A DNA stretch of 32,000 nt from Bacillus subtilis subsp. subtilis str. 168 (GCF_000009045.1 NC_000964.3:1500001-1532000), one strand, 5' to 3'. Positions 17,730 to 26,159 are shown, counted from the first letter of the stretch. Translations and numbers: made by a program. Notes: generated from the letters alone by a model not told the origin.

Positions 17730-17767
17730 TTTATGGAAAAAATATCTTGTAATTCTTATAGAAAGCG

Positions 17768-17794
17768 GGAAACTTTTTCAAAGTTTCATTCGTC
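17768..17794 (+). promoter_or_regulatory. proximal ECF-sigma (sigma-X/M/W class) promoter of abh
   Basis: GGAAAC (17768-17773), 17 nt, then CGTC (17791-17794, CGTCTA), about 70 nt upstream of the abh ATG. Confidence 0.6.
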
Positions 17795-17864
17795 TACGAT
17801 ATATTGAGGTACATCCTTAAAACATTACATGAGAAAAGAAACATTTAAAGGAAGAAGGGTTTTT

Positions 17865-18143
17865 ATGAAATCAATAGGTGTTGTGAGAAAAGTAGATGAA
17901 TTAGGCCGCATTGTCATGCCGATTGAGTTGAGACGGGCATTGGATATTGCCATAAAAGACAGCATTGAGTTTTTTGTTGACGGAGATAAAATTATCTTGA
18001 AAAAGTACAAACCTCATGGCGTTTGTTTAATGACTGGAGAAATCACTTCAGAAAATAAAGAATACGGCAACGGTAAAATTACGCTAAGCCCTGAGGGTGC
18101 ACAGCTGCTTCTCGAAGAAATTCAAGCCGCTTTAAAAGAATAA
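17865..18143 (+). CDS. abh: AbrB-family transition-state regulator (SpoVT/AbrB swapped-hairpin domain)
   Basis: ATG 17865 follows AAAGGAAGAAGGG and gives 92 aa beginning MKSIGVVRKVDELGRIVMPIELRRALDI. The 104-aa ORF-track start lacks an SD. Confidence 0.92.
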   Translation: MKSIGVVRKVDELGRIVMPIELRRALDIAIKDSIEFFVDGDKIILKKYKPHGVCLMTGEITSENKEYGNGKITLSPEGAQLLLEEIQAALKE

Positions 18144-18152
18144 AATTATGCT

Positions 18153-18187
18153 AAAAAAGGCGGAGTGATATCATCTCCGCCTTTTTT
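18153..18187 (+). terminator. rho-independent terminator after abh
   Basis: GGCGGAG (18159-18165) pairs with CTCCGCC (18175-18181), flanked by an A-run and T6. Confidence 0.9.
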
Positions 18188-18292
18188 GCGTGCCAATTTT
18201 TGATTACCGCCGCCTAAGATAAGACATCAAGATATTTGGTAATGAATGATTTGGGATACTTTACATATTTTACTCAATTATTTGTCGAAGAA

Positions 18293-18301
18293 TGGTACAA
18301 T
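18293..18301 (+). promoter_or_regulatory. candidate extended -10 promoter of kinC
   Basis: TGgTACAAT: TG at 18293-18294 and TACAAT at 18296-18301, about 30 nt upstream of ATG 18333. Confidence 0.4.
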
Positions 18302-18332
18302 AAGTAGAGAAACACAAGCGGCAGGTGGTCAT

Positions 18333-19619
18333 ATGAGAAAATATCAAGCTCGTATCATTTCCATCATTTTGGCAATGATTTTTATAATGTTTTGGGATTA
18401 TTTATTTTATTTTATAGGCAAAAACCCGATTAATTGGCCTGTTGATATTGTGTATACTGCAGTCACGCTGGTAAGTGTCTGGATGTTGGCTTATTATATT
18501 GATGAGAAACAGCAGCTGGTTAAGAAAATGAAGGATAACGAATGGAAGTATAAACAGCTTTCTGAAGAAAAAAACCGCATCATGGATAATTTGCAGGAAA
18601 TCGTATTTCAAACGAATGCAAAAGGTGAAATTACATATTTAAACCAAGCGTGGGCATCTATAACCGGGTTTTCAATCAGTGAATGTATGGGAACAATGTA
18701 TAACGATTACTTCATAAAAGAAAAGCACGTAGCCGACCACATTAACACCCAAATCCAAAACAAAGCGTCTTCTGGCATGTTTACGGCAAAATACGTGACA
18801 AAAAACGGCACGATTTTTTGGGGAGAAGTTCATTATAAACTTTACTATGACCGGGATGACCAATTTACAGGCAGCCTGGGTACAATGTCAGATATCACTG
18901 AGCGGAAAGAGGCTGAAGATGAGCTCATTGAGATTAATGAACGGCTGGCGAGGGAATCCCAGAAACTATCAATCACAAGTGAACTTGCCGCAGGTATTGC
19001 TCATGAGGTCAGAAACCCTTTAACATCTGTCAGCGGTTTCCTCCAGATTATGAAAACACAATATCCGGACAGAAAAGACTATTTTGACATCATCTTTTCA
19101 GAGATTAAAAGAATCGATTTAGTGCTCAGCGAGCTGCTGCTGCTTGCAAAACCGCAGGCAATCACATTTAAAACACACCAGCTTAATGAGATCTTGAAAC
19201 AAGTCACGACATTGCTTGATACCAATGCAATTCTGTCCAATATCGTCATAGAGAAAAATTTCAAAGAGACAGATGGCTGTATGATTAATGGAGACGAAAA
19301 TCAGCTGAAGCAGGTCTTTATCAACATCATTAAAAACGGAATTGAGGCAATGCCAAAGGGCGGTGTCGTAACCATTTCAACTGCTAAAACCGCCTCTCAT
19401 GCAGTGATAAGCGTAAAGGATGAAGGAAACGGCATGCCGCAGGAAAAGCTGAAGCAGATTGGCAAACCTTTTTATTCAACAAAAGAAAAGGGCACTGGAC
19501 TGGGACTTCCCATTTGTTTGAGAATCCTGAAGGAACATGACGGGGAATTGAAAATCGAAAGTGAAGCTGGAAAAGGCAGCGTCTTTCAAGTGGTTTTGCC
19601 TTTAAAATCAGACAGCTGA
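18333..19619 (+). CDS. kinC: membrane sensor histidine kinase (2 TM + PAS + HisKA + HATPase_c)
   Basis: ATG 18333 follows AGGTGG and gives 428 aa. It has two N-terminal TM helices, a PAS region, H-box AHEVRNPLTSV, N-box NIIKNGIEAM, G1 DEGNGM and G2 GTGLGL. Confidence 0.93.
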   Translation: MRKYQARIISIILAMIFIMFWDYLFYFIGKNPINWPVDIVYTAVTLVSVWMLAYYIDEKQQLVKKMKDNEWKYKQLSEEKNRIMDNLQEIVFQTNAKGEITYLNQAWASITGFSISECMGTMYNDYFIKEKHVADHINTQIQNKASSGMFTAKYVTKNGTIFWGEVHYKLYYDRDDQFTGSLGTMSDITERKEAEDELIEINERLARESQKLSITSELAAGIAHEVRNPLTSVSGFLQIMKTQYPDRKDYFDIIFSEIKRIDLVLSELLLLAKPQAITFKTHQLNEILKQVTTLLDTNAILSNIVIEKNFKETDGCMINGDENQLKQVFINIIKNGIEAMPKGGVVTISTAKTASHAVISVKDEGNGMPQEKLKQIGKPFYSTKEKGTGLGLPICLRILKEHDGELKIESEAGKGSVFQVVLPLKSDS

Positions 19620-19634
19620 GAGGAGAAAAATAAA

Positions 19635-20468
19635 GTGAACTCGCTTCTGTTTGTATACGGGACATTAAGAAAGCATGAAAAAAACCATCATTTGCTGGCA
19701 CAATCGGCATGTATCAATGAGCAGGCGAGAACAAAGGGAAGTTTGTTTGCTGCAAAAGAGGGGCCCACAGTTGTTTTCAATGATGAAGATGAAGGCTATA
19801 TATATGGCGAAGTATATGAAGCAGATGAATTGTGTATACATAAGCTCGATCAATTTTTTCAAGGATATCATAAACAAACGGTGTTTGTAGAAACGGATGT
19901 CGGGATTAAAATTGCGCTTATTTATTTTATGAACAAAGACGGGTGTGCCGGTTTTACGAAAATAAGCAGCGGCGACTGGAAAGAACATCAGATGATCAGC
20001 AAATCGAAAAATCCCATTTATTATTTTGCCTATGGATCATGCATGGATAATGCCCGCTTTCAAAAAGCGGGAGTCGATCACTATTTTCAAGATCCAGTAG
20101 GAAGAGCTGTTTTAAAAGGATACACAACCCGCTTCACGCTAAAAAGGGAAGACGGTTCAAGAGCGGACATGTTGGAAGACGGAGGAACAACAGAAGGCGT
20201 TTTATACCGTATCCCTTATTCTGCTCTCTCCTATCTATATAAAAGGGAGGGCGTCGAATCTCTTACGTATCGGCCGGCATTTGTAGACGTTGAAGCTGGC
20301 GGAAGGCACTACAAAGACTGTTTAACCTTTCTCGTCCTCCAAAAAGAAGCGGAAATTGCCCCGCCTCAGCACTATCAGATTGAAATCGAACGCGGAGCGG
20401 AGCTGTATTTGTCGCCTGAGTTTACTGAAAAGCTCAAGCGGCATATGAATTCGCTGCCAAAAGGATAA
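19635..20468 (+). CDS. ykqA: two tandem gamma-glutamylcyclotransferase-fold (AIG2/GGACT-like + GGCT-like) modules; function unknown
   Basis: GTG 19635 follows GAGAGGAGA, which lies within the kinC 3' end. The 277-aa product has an N-terminal module with FVYGTLRKHEKNHHLL and YGEVYE, and a C-terminal module with YFAYGSCMDNARF and EGVLYRI. Confidence 0.85.
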   Translation: MNSLLFVYGTLRKHEKNHHLLAQSACINEQARTKGSLFAAKEGPTVVFNDEDEGYIYGEVYEADELCIHKLDQFFQGYHKQTVFVETDVGIKIALIYFMNKDGCAGFTKISSGDWKEHQMISKSKNPIYYFAYGSCMDNARFQKAGVDHYFQDPVGRAVLKGYTTRFTLKREDGSRADMLEDGGTTEGVLYRIPYSALSYLYKREGVESLTYRPAFVDVEAGGRHYKDCLTFLVLQKEAEIAPPQHYQIEIERGAELYLSPEFTEKLKRHMNSLPKG

Positions 20469-20530
20469 CACTGTAACAAAAGAATATGATAAAATTTGAT
20501 CAATATCATGTCATATAAAGGAGCACCACG

Positions 20531-21196
20531 ATGAAAAAAGAATTTGCGGTAATTGGGCTGGGCCGTTTTGGTGGCAGTATTTGCAAAGCATTAAGCGAAG
20601 AAGGCGTCGAGGTTATGGCAATGGATATCGATGAAGATAAAGTCAACGAGTATGCCAAGATTGCATCTCACGCAGTTATCGGTGATTCGACAGACGAATC
20701 TGTCCTGAAAAATTTAGGCCTGCGAAATTTTGACCACGTTATTGTAGCAATCGGGGAAAATATTCAAGCGAGTATTTTAACGACACTCATTCTGAAAGAA
20801 CTTGGCGTCCATACGATTACAGTTAAAGCGCAGAACGATTATCACGAAAAAGTGCTGTCTAAAATTGGTGCGGATCACATCGTCCACCCGGAACGCGATA
20901 TGGCAAAACGAATTGCGCATAATATCGTGTCCAACAATGTACTTGACTATTTGGAGCTGTCTGAAGAGCATAGTCTTGTTGAAATCGTAGCTAACAGCCG
21001 CCTGGCTGGAAATACGCTTCTCGATTTAGATATTCGCGCAAAATACGGTATTAACATCGTAGCCATAAAAAGGGGCAAGGAAGTCATCGTATCACCGCTT
21101 GCAACCGAAGTCATCCACCAAGAAGATATACTCATTGTTATTGGATCAGTTACAGACATCTCCCGTTTCGAAAAAAGAGTTCTTCATACAAAATAG
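20531..21196 (+). CDS. ktrC: RCK/TrkA-type cytoplasmic gating subunit of a Ktr K+ uptake system
   Basis: AAAGGAG SD, 221 aa. It has an RCK_N Rossmann motif AVIGLGRFGGSI and a C-terminal RCK_C domain. Confidence 0.93.
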   Translation: MKKEFAVIGLGRFGGSICKALSEEGVEVMAMDIDEDKVNEYAKIASHAVIGDSTDESVLKNLGLRNFDHVIVAIGENIQASILTTLILKELGVHTITVKAQNDYHEKVLSKIGADHIVHPERDMAKRIAHNIVSNNVLDYLELSEEHSLVEIVANSRLAGNTLLDLDIRAKYGINIVAIKRGKEVIVSPLATEVIHQEDILIVIGSVTDISRFEKRVLHTK

Positions 21197-21208
21197 CAGC
21201 CAAATAAG

Positions 21209-21231
21209 CCGTCCTCAAAGGGCGGTTTTTC
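21209..21231 (+). terminator. rho-independent terminator after ktrC
   Basis: GCCGTCC pairs with GGGCGGT (one G-U), followed by TTTTTC. Confidence 0.7.
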
Positions 21232-21350
21232 ATATTATCAGAATATAACAACTTTAATGAACTGAGCGTCAATTTCTTAAAATTTCATTGACTAAGCACA
21301 GGCGTTCCGATAGCATATTGTACCATATAATAAAAAAAGGAGGGGCCTAT

Positions 21351-23084
21351 TTGAATAAAGAAGCGCTAGTCAATAGGCTGAATGCTTCAGCCAAAAGACA
21401 AAAAGCTGATATCGTCATTAAAAACGGAAAAATCATGGACGTATATAATCAAGAATGGATATATGAAGATATTGCGATTACAGATGGAGTTATTGTAGGC
21501 CTCGGTGAGTATGAAGGCGAAAATATCATTGATGCAGAGGGACAAATGATTGTTCCGGGTTTTATTGATGGACATGTACATATTGAGTCGTCAATGGTTA
21601 CACCGATTGAGTTCGCTAAAGCAGTGTTGCCTCATGGCGTGACGACGGTTGTTACAGATCCGCATGAGATCGCGAATGTGTCTGGTGAAAAAGGGATTGA
21701 GTTTATGCTTGAACAAGCTCGGCATACACCGCTGAATATCCATTTTATGCTTCCTTCCAGTGTGCCTGCCGCAAGTTTTGAGCGATCAGGCGCAATTCTC
21801 AAAGCTGCCGATCTCAAGCCTTTTTATGAAGAAGAAGAAGTATTAGGGCTGGCTGAAGTTATGGATTATGTGTCGGTTCAGCAGGCTGAAAAAGACATGG
21901 TTCAGAAACTGCTTGATGCCCGTGTGGCAGGAAAAAGGATAGACGGTCATTTAGCTGGTTTATCAACAGACCTCATTAACATTTACAGAACCGCATTTGT
22001 CTTAAACGACCATGAAGTAACATCGAAGGAAGAAGCCCTTGATCGTATCAGAAGGGGCATGTATGTCATGATGCGTGAAGGATCAGTCGCCAAAAACACG
22101 CTCAATGTGCTGCCGGCGGTGAATGAAAAGAACGCACGCCGGTTCTTTTTCTGTACGGATGATAAGCATGTGGATGATTTATTGTCAGAGGGAAGTGTAA
22201 ACCATCAGGTGAAAATGGCGATTCAAGCCGGACTTAATCCGTTTTTAGCCTATCAGCTAGGAAGCCTCAATGCAGCCGAATGCTACGGATTAGATACAAA
22301 GGGAGCGATTGCCCCGGGTTTTGACGCTGATTTGCTTTTTGTATCTGATCTGGAAAATGTCACTGTCACAATGACGATGGTAAAAGGGCAGACTGTTGCT
22401 GAAGACAGCAAAGCGGTCTATCAGGATCATGCTTCAACTGCAGCACCAGATCAGGCACTGCTTGATTCTGTTAAGCTTGCTGCTCCTCTTAACAAACAGG
22501 ATTTTCATATGCCAATCGATTCAGAGCAGCAGATCAATGTCATTCAAATCATACCAAATCAGCTTGAAACACGATTAGTACAAGTTCCGGCTCCTGTTGC
22601 CCGCGAATTTGAGCCTGACACTGAGCTTGATTTGTTAAAGATTGCAGTTGTCGAGCGGCATAAAGGATTAAAAGAAACCGGACTTGGTGTTGTGAAAGGT
22701 TTTGGATTCAAGAGCGGAGCGATTGCCACAACCATTTCACACGACTCCCATAATATTATTGCCGTCGGAACGAATGATGAGGATATCGCGGCGGCAGTTA
22801 ATAAGCTGCAGGAAATTGGCGGAGGATTAACAATTATAAAAAATGGGGAAGAGCTCCATTCAGTACCGCTGCCGATTGCAGGGTTATTATCCGACCAATC
22901 TGCAGAGCAAGTGAATCAAAGCTTGCTGACGCTTCATGATAAATTGTCGTTAATCGGTTTCACAGGCGGATTTAATCCATTTTTGACATTGTCGTTTTTA
23001 GCGTTGCCTGTCATTCCTGATATTAAAATGACGACTACGGGATTATTCGATGTAAAATCATTTCAACACATATCACTGCAATAA
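21351..23084 (+). CDS. adeC: adenine deaminase (amidohydrolase superfamily)
   Basis: TTG 21351 lies 7 nt after AGGAGG and gives 577 aa with the metal-binding motif GFIDGHVHIESS. The longer ORF-track start at 21288 has no SD. Confidence 0.92.
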   Translation: MNKEALVNRLNASAKRQKADIVIKNGKIMDVYNQEWIYEDIAITDGVIVGLGEYEGENIIDAEGQMIVPGFIDGHVHIESSMVTPIEFAKAVLPHGVTTVVTDPHEIANVSGEKGIEFMLEQARHTPLNIHFMLPSSVPAASFERSGAILKAADLKPFYEEEEVLGLAEVMDYVSVQQAEKDMVQKLLDARVAGKRIDGHLAGLSTDLINIYRTAFVLNDHEVTSKEEALDRIRRGMYVMMREGSVAKNTLNVLPAVNEKNARRFFFCTDDKHVDDLLSEGSVNHQVKMAIQAGLNPFLAYQLGSLNAAECYGLDTKGAIAPGFDADLLFVSDLENVTVTMTMVKGQTVAEDSKAVYQDHASTAAPDQALLDSVKLAAPLNKQDFHMPIDSEQQINVIQIIPNQLETRLVQVPAPVAREFEPDTELDLLKIAVVERHKGLKETGLGVVKGFGFKSGAIATTISHDSHNIIAVGTNDEDIAAAVNKLQEIGGGLTIIKNGEELHSVPLPIAGLLSDQSAEQVNQSLLTLHDKLSLIGFTGGFNPFLTLSFLALPVIPDIKMTTTGLFDVKSFQHISLQ

Positions 23085-23119
23085 AAAGAGGCACTCCCTT
23101 AGGGAGTGCCTCTTTTTTT
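23085..23119. terminator. bidirectional terminator shared by adeC (+) and rnjA (-)
   Basis: AGAGGCACTCCC (23087-23098) pairs perfectly with GGGAGTGCCTCT (23102-23113), a 12-bp stem flanked by A5 and T7. The rnjA stop codon (23118-23120) lies in the flanking run. Confidence 0.92.
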
Positions 23120-24785
23120 AAACCTCCATAATGATCGGCAGGATCATTGGACGGCGCTTTGTTTTTTCGTACAAGAAAGGTGCAAGCGTGTCTGTAATTT
23201 CGTTTTTGATTTCAGACCATTGAGTCGTTTTTCGTTCCATTACTTTTTGTAAGTGATTTGAAATGAGCTCTTGAGCGTCGTTGATCAAGTCACCAGATTC
23301 TCTCATGTACACAAATCCTCTGGAAATCAAATCAGGACCCGCTGAAATCTTGAAGTCGTCCATGTCAATGCTGACAACAACGATGACAAGTCCTTCTTCA
23401 GAGAGAATTCTGCGATCACGAAGTACGATATTGCCAATATCACCGATACCGCTTCCGTCAATGTACACTGAACCGGACGGGATTTTTCCTGCAACTGAAG
23501 CCTCATCGCCTTTAAGTGCTAATACTTCACCATTATCCATGATAAAGCAGTTTTCCTCTGGGATGCCACAATCTGTTGCAAGTTTGACATGCATCTTTTG
23601 CATTCTGTACTCACCGTGAATCGGCATGAAGAATTTAGGCTTGATTAAACGAAGCATCAGCTTCTGTTCTTCCTGTCCGCCGTGACCGGATGTATGGATA
23701 TCGTTAAGAGGGCCGTGAATAACCTCAGCACCCGCACGATACAGCTGGTTGATTGTTCGACTCACGCTGATTGTGTTGCCTGGGATAGGGGATGAAGAAA
23801 ATACGACTGTATCCCCAGGATTGATTGAAATTTGGCGGTGTGTGCCGTTTGCAATTCTTGATAACGCCGCCATTGGTTCCCCTTGGCTTCCTGTACATAA
23901 AATTGTTACTTTATTAGCAGGCATACGATTGATTTCGTTATGCTCAATAAACGTATTTTTAGGACAGTTAATATAACCGAGTGTCTGTCCAATTTCGATA
24001 GCCGATTCCATACTGCGTCCAAATACGGCAACTTTTCTTCCATTTTGTACAGCAGCTTCAATTACCTGCTGCAAGCGGTGAATATTCGACGCAAATGTGG
24101 CGAAGATAATTCGGCCGTCCACCTTGCGGAAAATGTCATGAATGCTTTCTCCTACACGGCGCTCAGACATGGTAAACTCCGGATTTTCACTGTTTGTGCT
24201 GTCTGAAAGAAGGCACAAAACGCCTTCTTTACCGATTTCGGCCATTTTCGTTAAGTTTGCCGGCTCGCCGACTGGAGTAAAGTCGAATTTGAAATCCCCA
24301 GTATGTACGATGTTTCCGGGCGGCGTTTTTACAACAATGCCGTAGGAATCCGGAATACTGTGTGTTGTTCTGAAGAATGACACAGCCGTTTTGCGGAACT
24401 TTACAATATCATCCTCGCCGATAATGTTCAGTTTCGTCTGTCTCAATAATCCATGCTCTTCAAGTTTATTCCGAAGTAAGCCGATCGCGAGTTTTCCGCC
24501 GTATACAGGAATATTCACTTGTCTGAGCAGGTATGGAATACCGCCGATGTGGTCTTCGTGCCCGTGGGTGATAAAAAGCCCTTTAATTTTATCTTCGTTT
24601 TTGACTAAATACGTATAATCAGGGATGACGTAGTCAATTCCGAGCAGTTCGTCCTCGGGAAACTTGATCCCCGCATCAATCAGTACAATTTCATCCTGGA
24701 ATTGCACCGCGTACGTATTTTTACCGATTTCGCCCAAACCTCCGAGGGCGAAAACAGCAGTCTGATCATTTTTTACAAATTTCAT
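23118..24785 (-). CDS. rnjA: RNase J1 (metallo-beta-lactamase/beta-CASP 5'-3' exo- and endoribonuclease)
   Basis: ATG 24785 gives 555 aa beginning [23 protein letters not shown]. The HxHxDH motif [10 protein letters not shown] is present. An in-frame ATG at 24794 is too close to the GGAG to be used. Confidence 0.95.
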   Translation of the reverse strand: MKFVKNDQTAVFALGGLGEIGKNTYAVQFQDEIVLIDAGIKFPEDELLGIDYVIPDYTYLVKNEDKIKGLFITHGHEDHIGGIPYLLRQVNIPVYGGKLAIGLLRNKLEEHGLLRQTKLNIIGEDDIVKFRKTAVSFFRTTHSIPDSYGIVVKTPPGNIVHTGDFKFDFTPVGEPANLTKMAEIGKEGVLCLLSDSTNSENPEFTMSERRVGESIHDIFRKVDGRIIFATFASNIHRLQQVIEAAVQNGRKVAVFGRSMESAIEIGQTLGYINCPKNTFIEHNEINRMPANKVTILCTGSQGEPMAALSRIANGTHRQISINPGDTVVFSSSPIPGNTISVSRTINQLYRAGAEVIHGPLNDIHTSGHGGQEEQKLMLRLIKPKFFMPIHGEYRMQKMHVKLATDCGIPEENCFIMDNGEVLALKGDEASVAGKIPSGSVYIDGSGIGDIGNIVLRDRRILSEEGLVIVVVSIDMDDFKISAGPDLISRGFVYMRESGDLINDAQELISNHLQKVMERKTTQWSEIKNEITDTLAPFLYEKTKRRPMILPIIMEV

Positions 24786-24790
24786 ACCGC

Positions 24791-25000
24791 TCATAACTCC
24801 AATACTTTAAAATTTTCGCTCTGTTGTTCATATTCTAAGAATGCACCATCAACAGGTGTAATAAACTCAATATTAAATTTCTTTTCTTTCAGCTTTGTTC
24901 TGACGTCACGCTCAGATACGCCTTCAATATAAAGTGAATCTGTCTTTTCCCGAACAGGTACTTCGTCAGCCTTCTCTTGATAAAATACCTTATAAATCAT
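24791..25000 (-). CDS. rpoY: small RNA polymerase-associated subunit (epsilon, YkzG)
   Basis: ATG 25000 lies 8 nt after AAGGAGAG and gives 69 aa ([21 protein letters not shown]...). The stop lies 5 nt before the rnjA ATG, so the two are co-transcribed. Confidence 0.9.
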   Translation of the reverse strand: MIYKVFYQEKADEVPVREKTDSLYIEGVSERDVRTKLKEKKFNIEFITPVDGAFLEYEQQSENFKVLEL

Positions 25001-25044
25001 TCCAAATCTCTCCTTAAATGCCGTATGTTAGACTCGCTCATTCT

Positions 25045-25073
25045 ATTATATTCGAAAACGGAATATAAGGAAA
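25045..25073 (-). promoter_or_regulatory. candidate sigma-A promoter of rpoY-rnjA
   Basis: On the minus strand there is a perfect TATAAT (25050-25045). The -35 is weak (TTTCCT, 25073-25068) at 17-nt spacing. Confidence 0.4.
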
Positions 25074-25082
25074 GCCTTGAGC

Positions 25083-25117
25083 AAAATAAGGATCTCTCAA
25101 AAAGTGAAAGATCCCTT
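25083..25117 (-). terminator. hairpin plus short U-tract immediately after the 23-codon mini-ORF
   Basis: On the minus strand, AAGGGATCTTTC (25117-25106) pairs with GAGAGATCCTT (25098-25088), about 11 bp with one bulged G. ATTTT (25087-25083) follows. Confidence 0.5.
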
Positions 25118-25118
25118 G

Positions 25119-25190
25119 TCAGGCAATTGCTTTCTTACGGAGCATTCCGTTCCATTGTCTTCTGAGTTTCTTTCTTAATTTACGCAGCAT
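25119..25190 (-). CDS. candidate 23-aa highly basic micro-protein or leader peptide
   Basis: AAAGGAGGGA (25207-25198), 7 nt, then ATG 25190. The product is MLRKLRKKLRRQWNGMLRKKAIA, ending at TGA 25121-25119. It is not in the ORF track (below the cutoff), and I found no convincing promoter upstream. Confidence 0.4.
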   Translation of the reverse strand: MLRKLRKKLRRQWNGMLRKKAIA

Positions 25191-25385
25191 TAGCCAGTCC
25201 CTCCTTTAATGAAAAATTTGTCCCAGAGTTCTTTTATACAAATAGTATACGGAGATTGAGGAAGACTTTTCGTGGTTATTAATGGAATTTAATATGATTT
25301 TTGAACGAAATTGTTTGCTGAATGACAATCTTTTTGTATGATGAGGGTGGGAATTGCAGACCAAGACGATAAAGGGGAAGTTGCG

Positions 25386-26159
25386 ATGGATTCTAAATTA
25401 ATCTTTTTTGATATTGACGGCACAATATATGATCATGATAAGAATATACCGGAAAGTACGAGAAAAACCGTGGCGGAGCTTCAGCGCCAAGGGCATCATG
25501 TGTTTATTGCCAGCGGCCGGTCTCCATTTTTGGTTAAGCCGATTTTGGAGGAGCTGGGCATCCACTCATTTATTTCCTACAATGGACAGTTTGTTGTCTT
25601 TGAAAATCAAGTGATTTATAAAAATCCGCTGCCTGAAAATGCAATCAGGCGATTATTAAAGCAGGCGGATGAAGGCAAGCATCCTGTTGTGTTTATGGCT
25701 GAGGACACGATGAAAGCGACTGTTGCGGATCACCCCCATGTTCTCGAGGGAATCGGCAGCCTTAAAACAGATTATCCAGAGACCGATGACCTTTTTTATG
25801 AAGGAAAAGAAATTTTTCAGCTTCTTTTATTTTGTCAGGATGAAGAAGAAAAAGCTTATGCCGCTTTTCCTGAGTTTGATCTAGTTCGCTGGCATGAGCT
25901 ATCGACTGATGTTCTGCCGCACGGAGGTTCGAAGGCAGAAGGAATCAAAAAAGTGATTGAGCGTCTTCCGTTTGATATCGGCGATACATATGCTTTCGGC
26001 GACGGATTAAATGATTTGCAAATGATTGAATACGTTGGGACAGGCGTTGCTATGGGAAATGCTGTTCCCGAACTGAAAGAAATCGCGGACTTTGTAACAA
26101 AACCGGTGGACGAGGATGGAATTGCATACGCTGTCAAAGAATTGGGCCTTTTAAAATAA
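25386..26159 (+). CDS. ykrA: HAD-superfamily (Cof-type, subfamily IIB) phosphatase
   Basis: ATG 25386 follows AAAGGGGAAG and gives 257 aa. It has HAD motif I FFDIDGTI and motif IV GDGLNDLQM. Confidence 0.9.
   Translation: MDSKLIFFDIDGTIYDHDKNIPESTRKTVAELQRQGHHVFIASGRSPFLVKPILEELGIHSFISYNGQFVVFENQVIYKNPLPENAIRRLLKQADEGKHPVVFMAEDTMKATVADHPHVLEGIGSLKTDYPETDDLFYEGKEIFQLLLFCQDEEEKAYAAFPEFDLVRWHELSTDVLPHGGSKAEGIKKVIERLPFDIGDTYAFGDGLNDLQMIEYVGTGVAMGNAVPELKEIADFVTKPVDEDGIAYAVKELGLLK

Noticed and set aside
24791-24794. An ATGA overlap lies between the rpoY (ykzG) stop and an upstream in-frame ATG of rnjA, suggesting translational coupling and a 558-aa RNase J1.
   Set aside because: That ATG is only 2 nt from the GGAG, which is too close. 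ATG 24785 gives the conserved MKFVKNDQ N-terminus and a workable SD spacing of about 11 nt. Coupling by proximity remains possible, but the longer protein is unlikely.
24977-25165. A 62-aa plus-strand ORF lies in the rpoY-ykrA spacer.
   Set aside because: It has no SD, starts inside and antisense to rpoY, and runs through the rpoY promoter and the minus-strand hairpin. Its composition is unremarkable, so it is most likely fortuitous.
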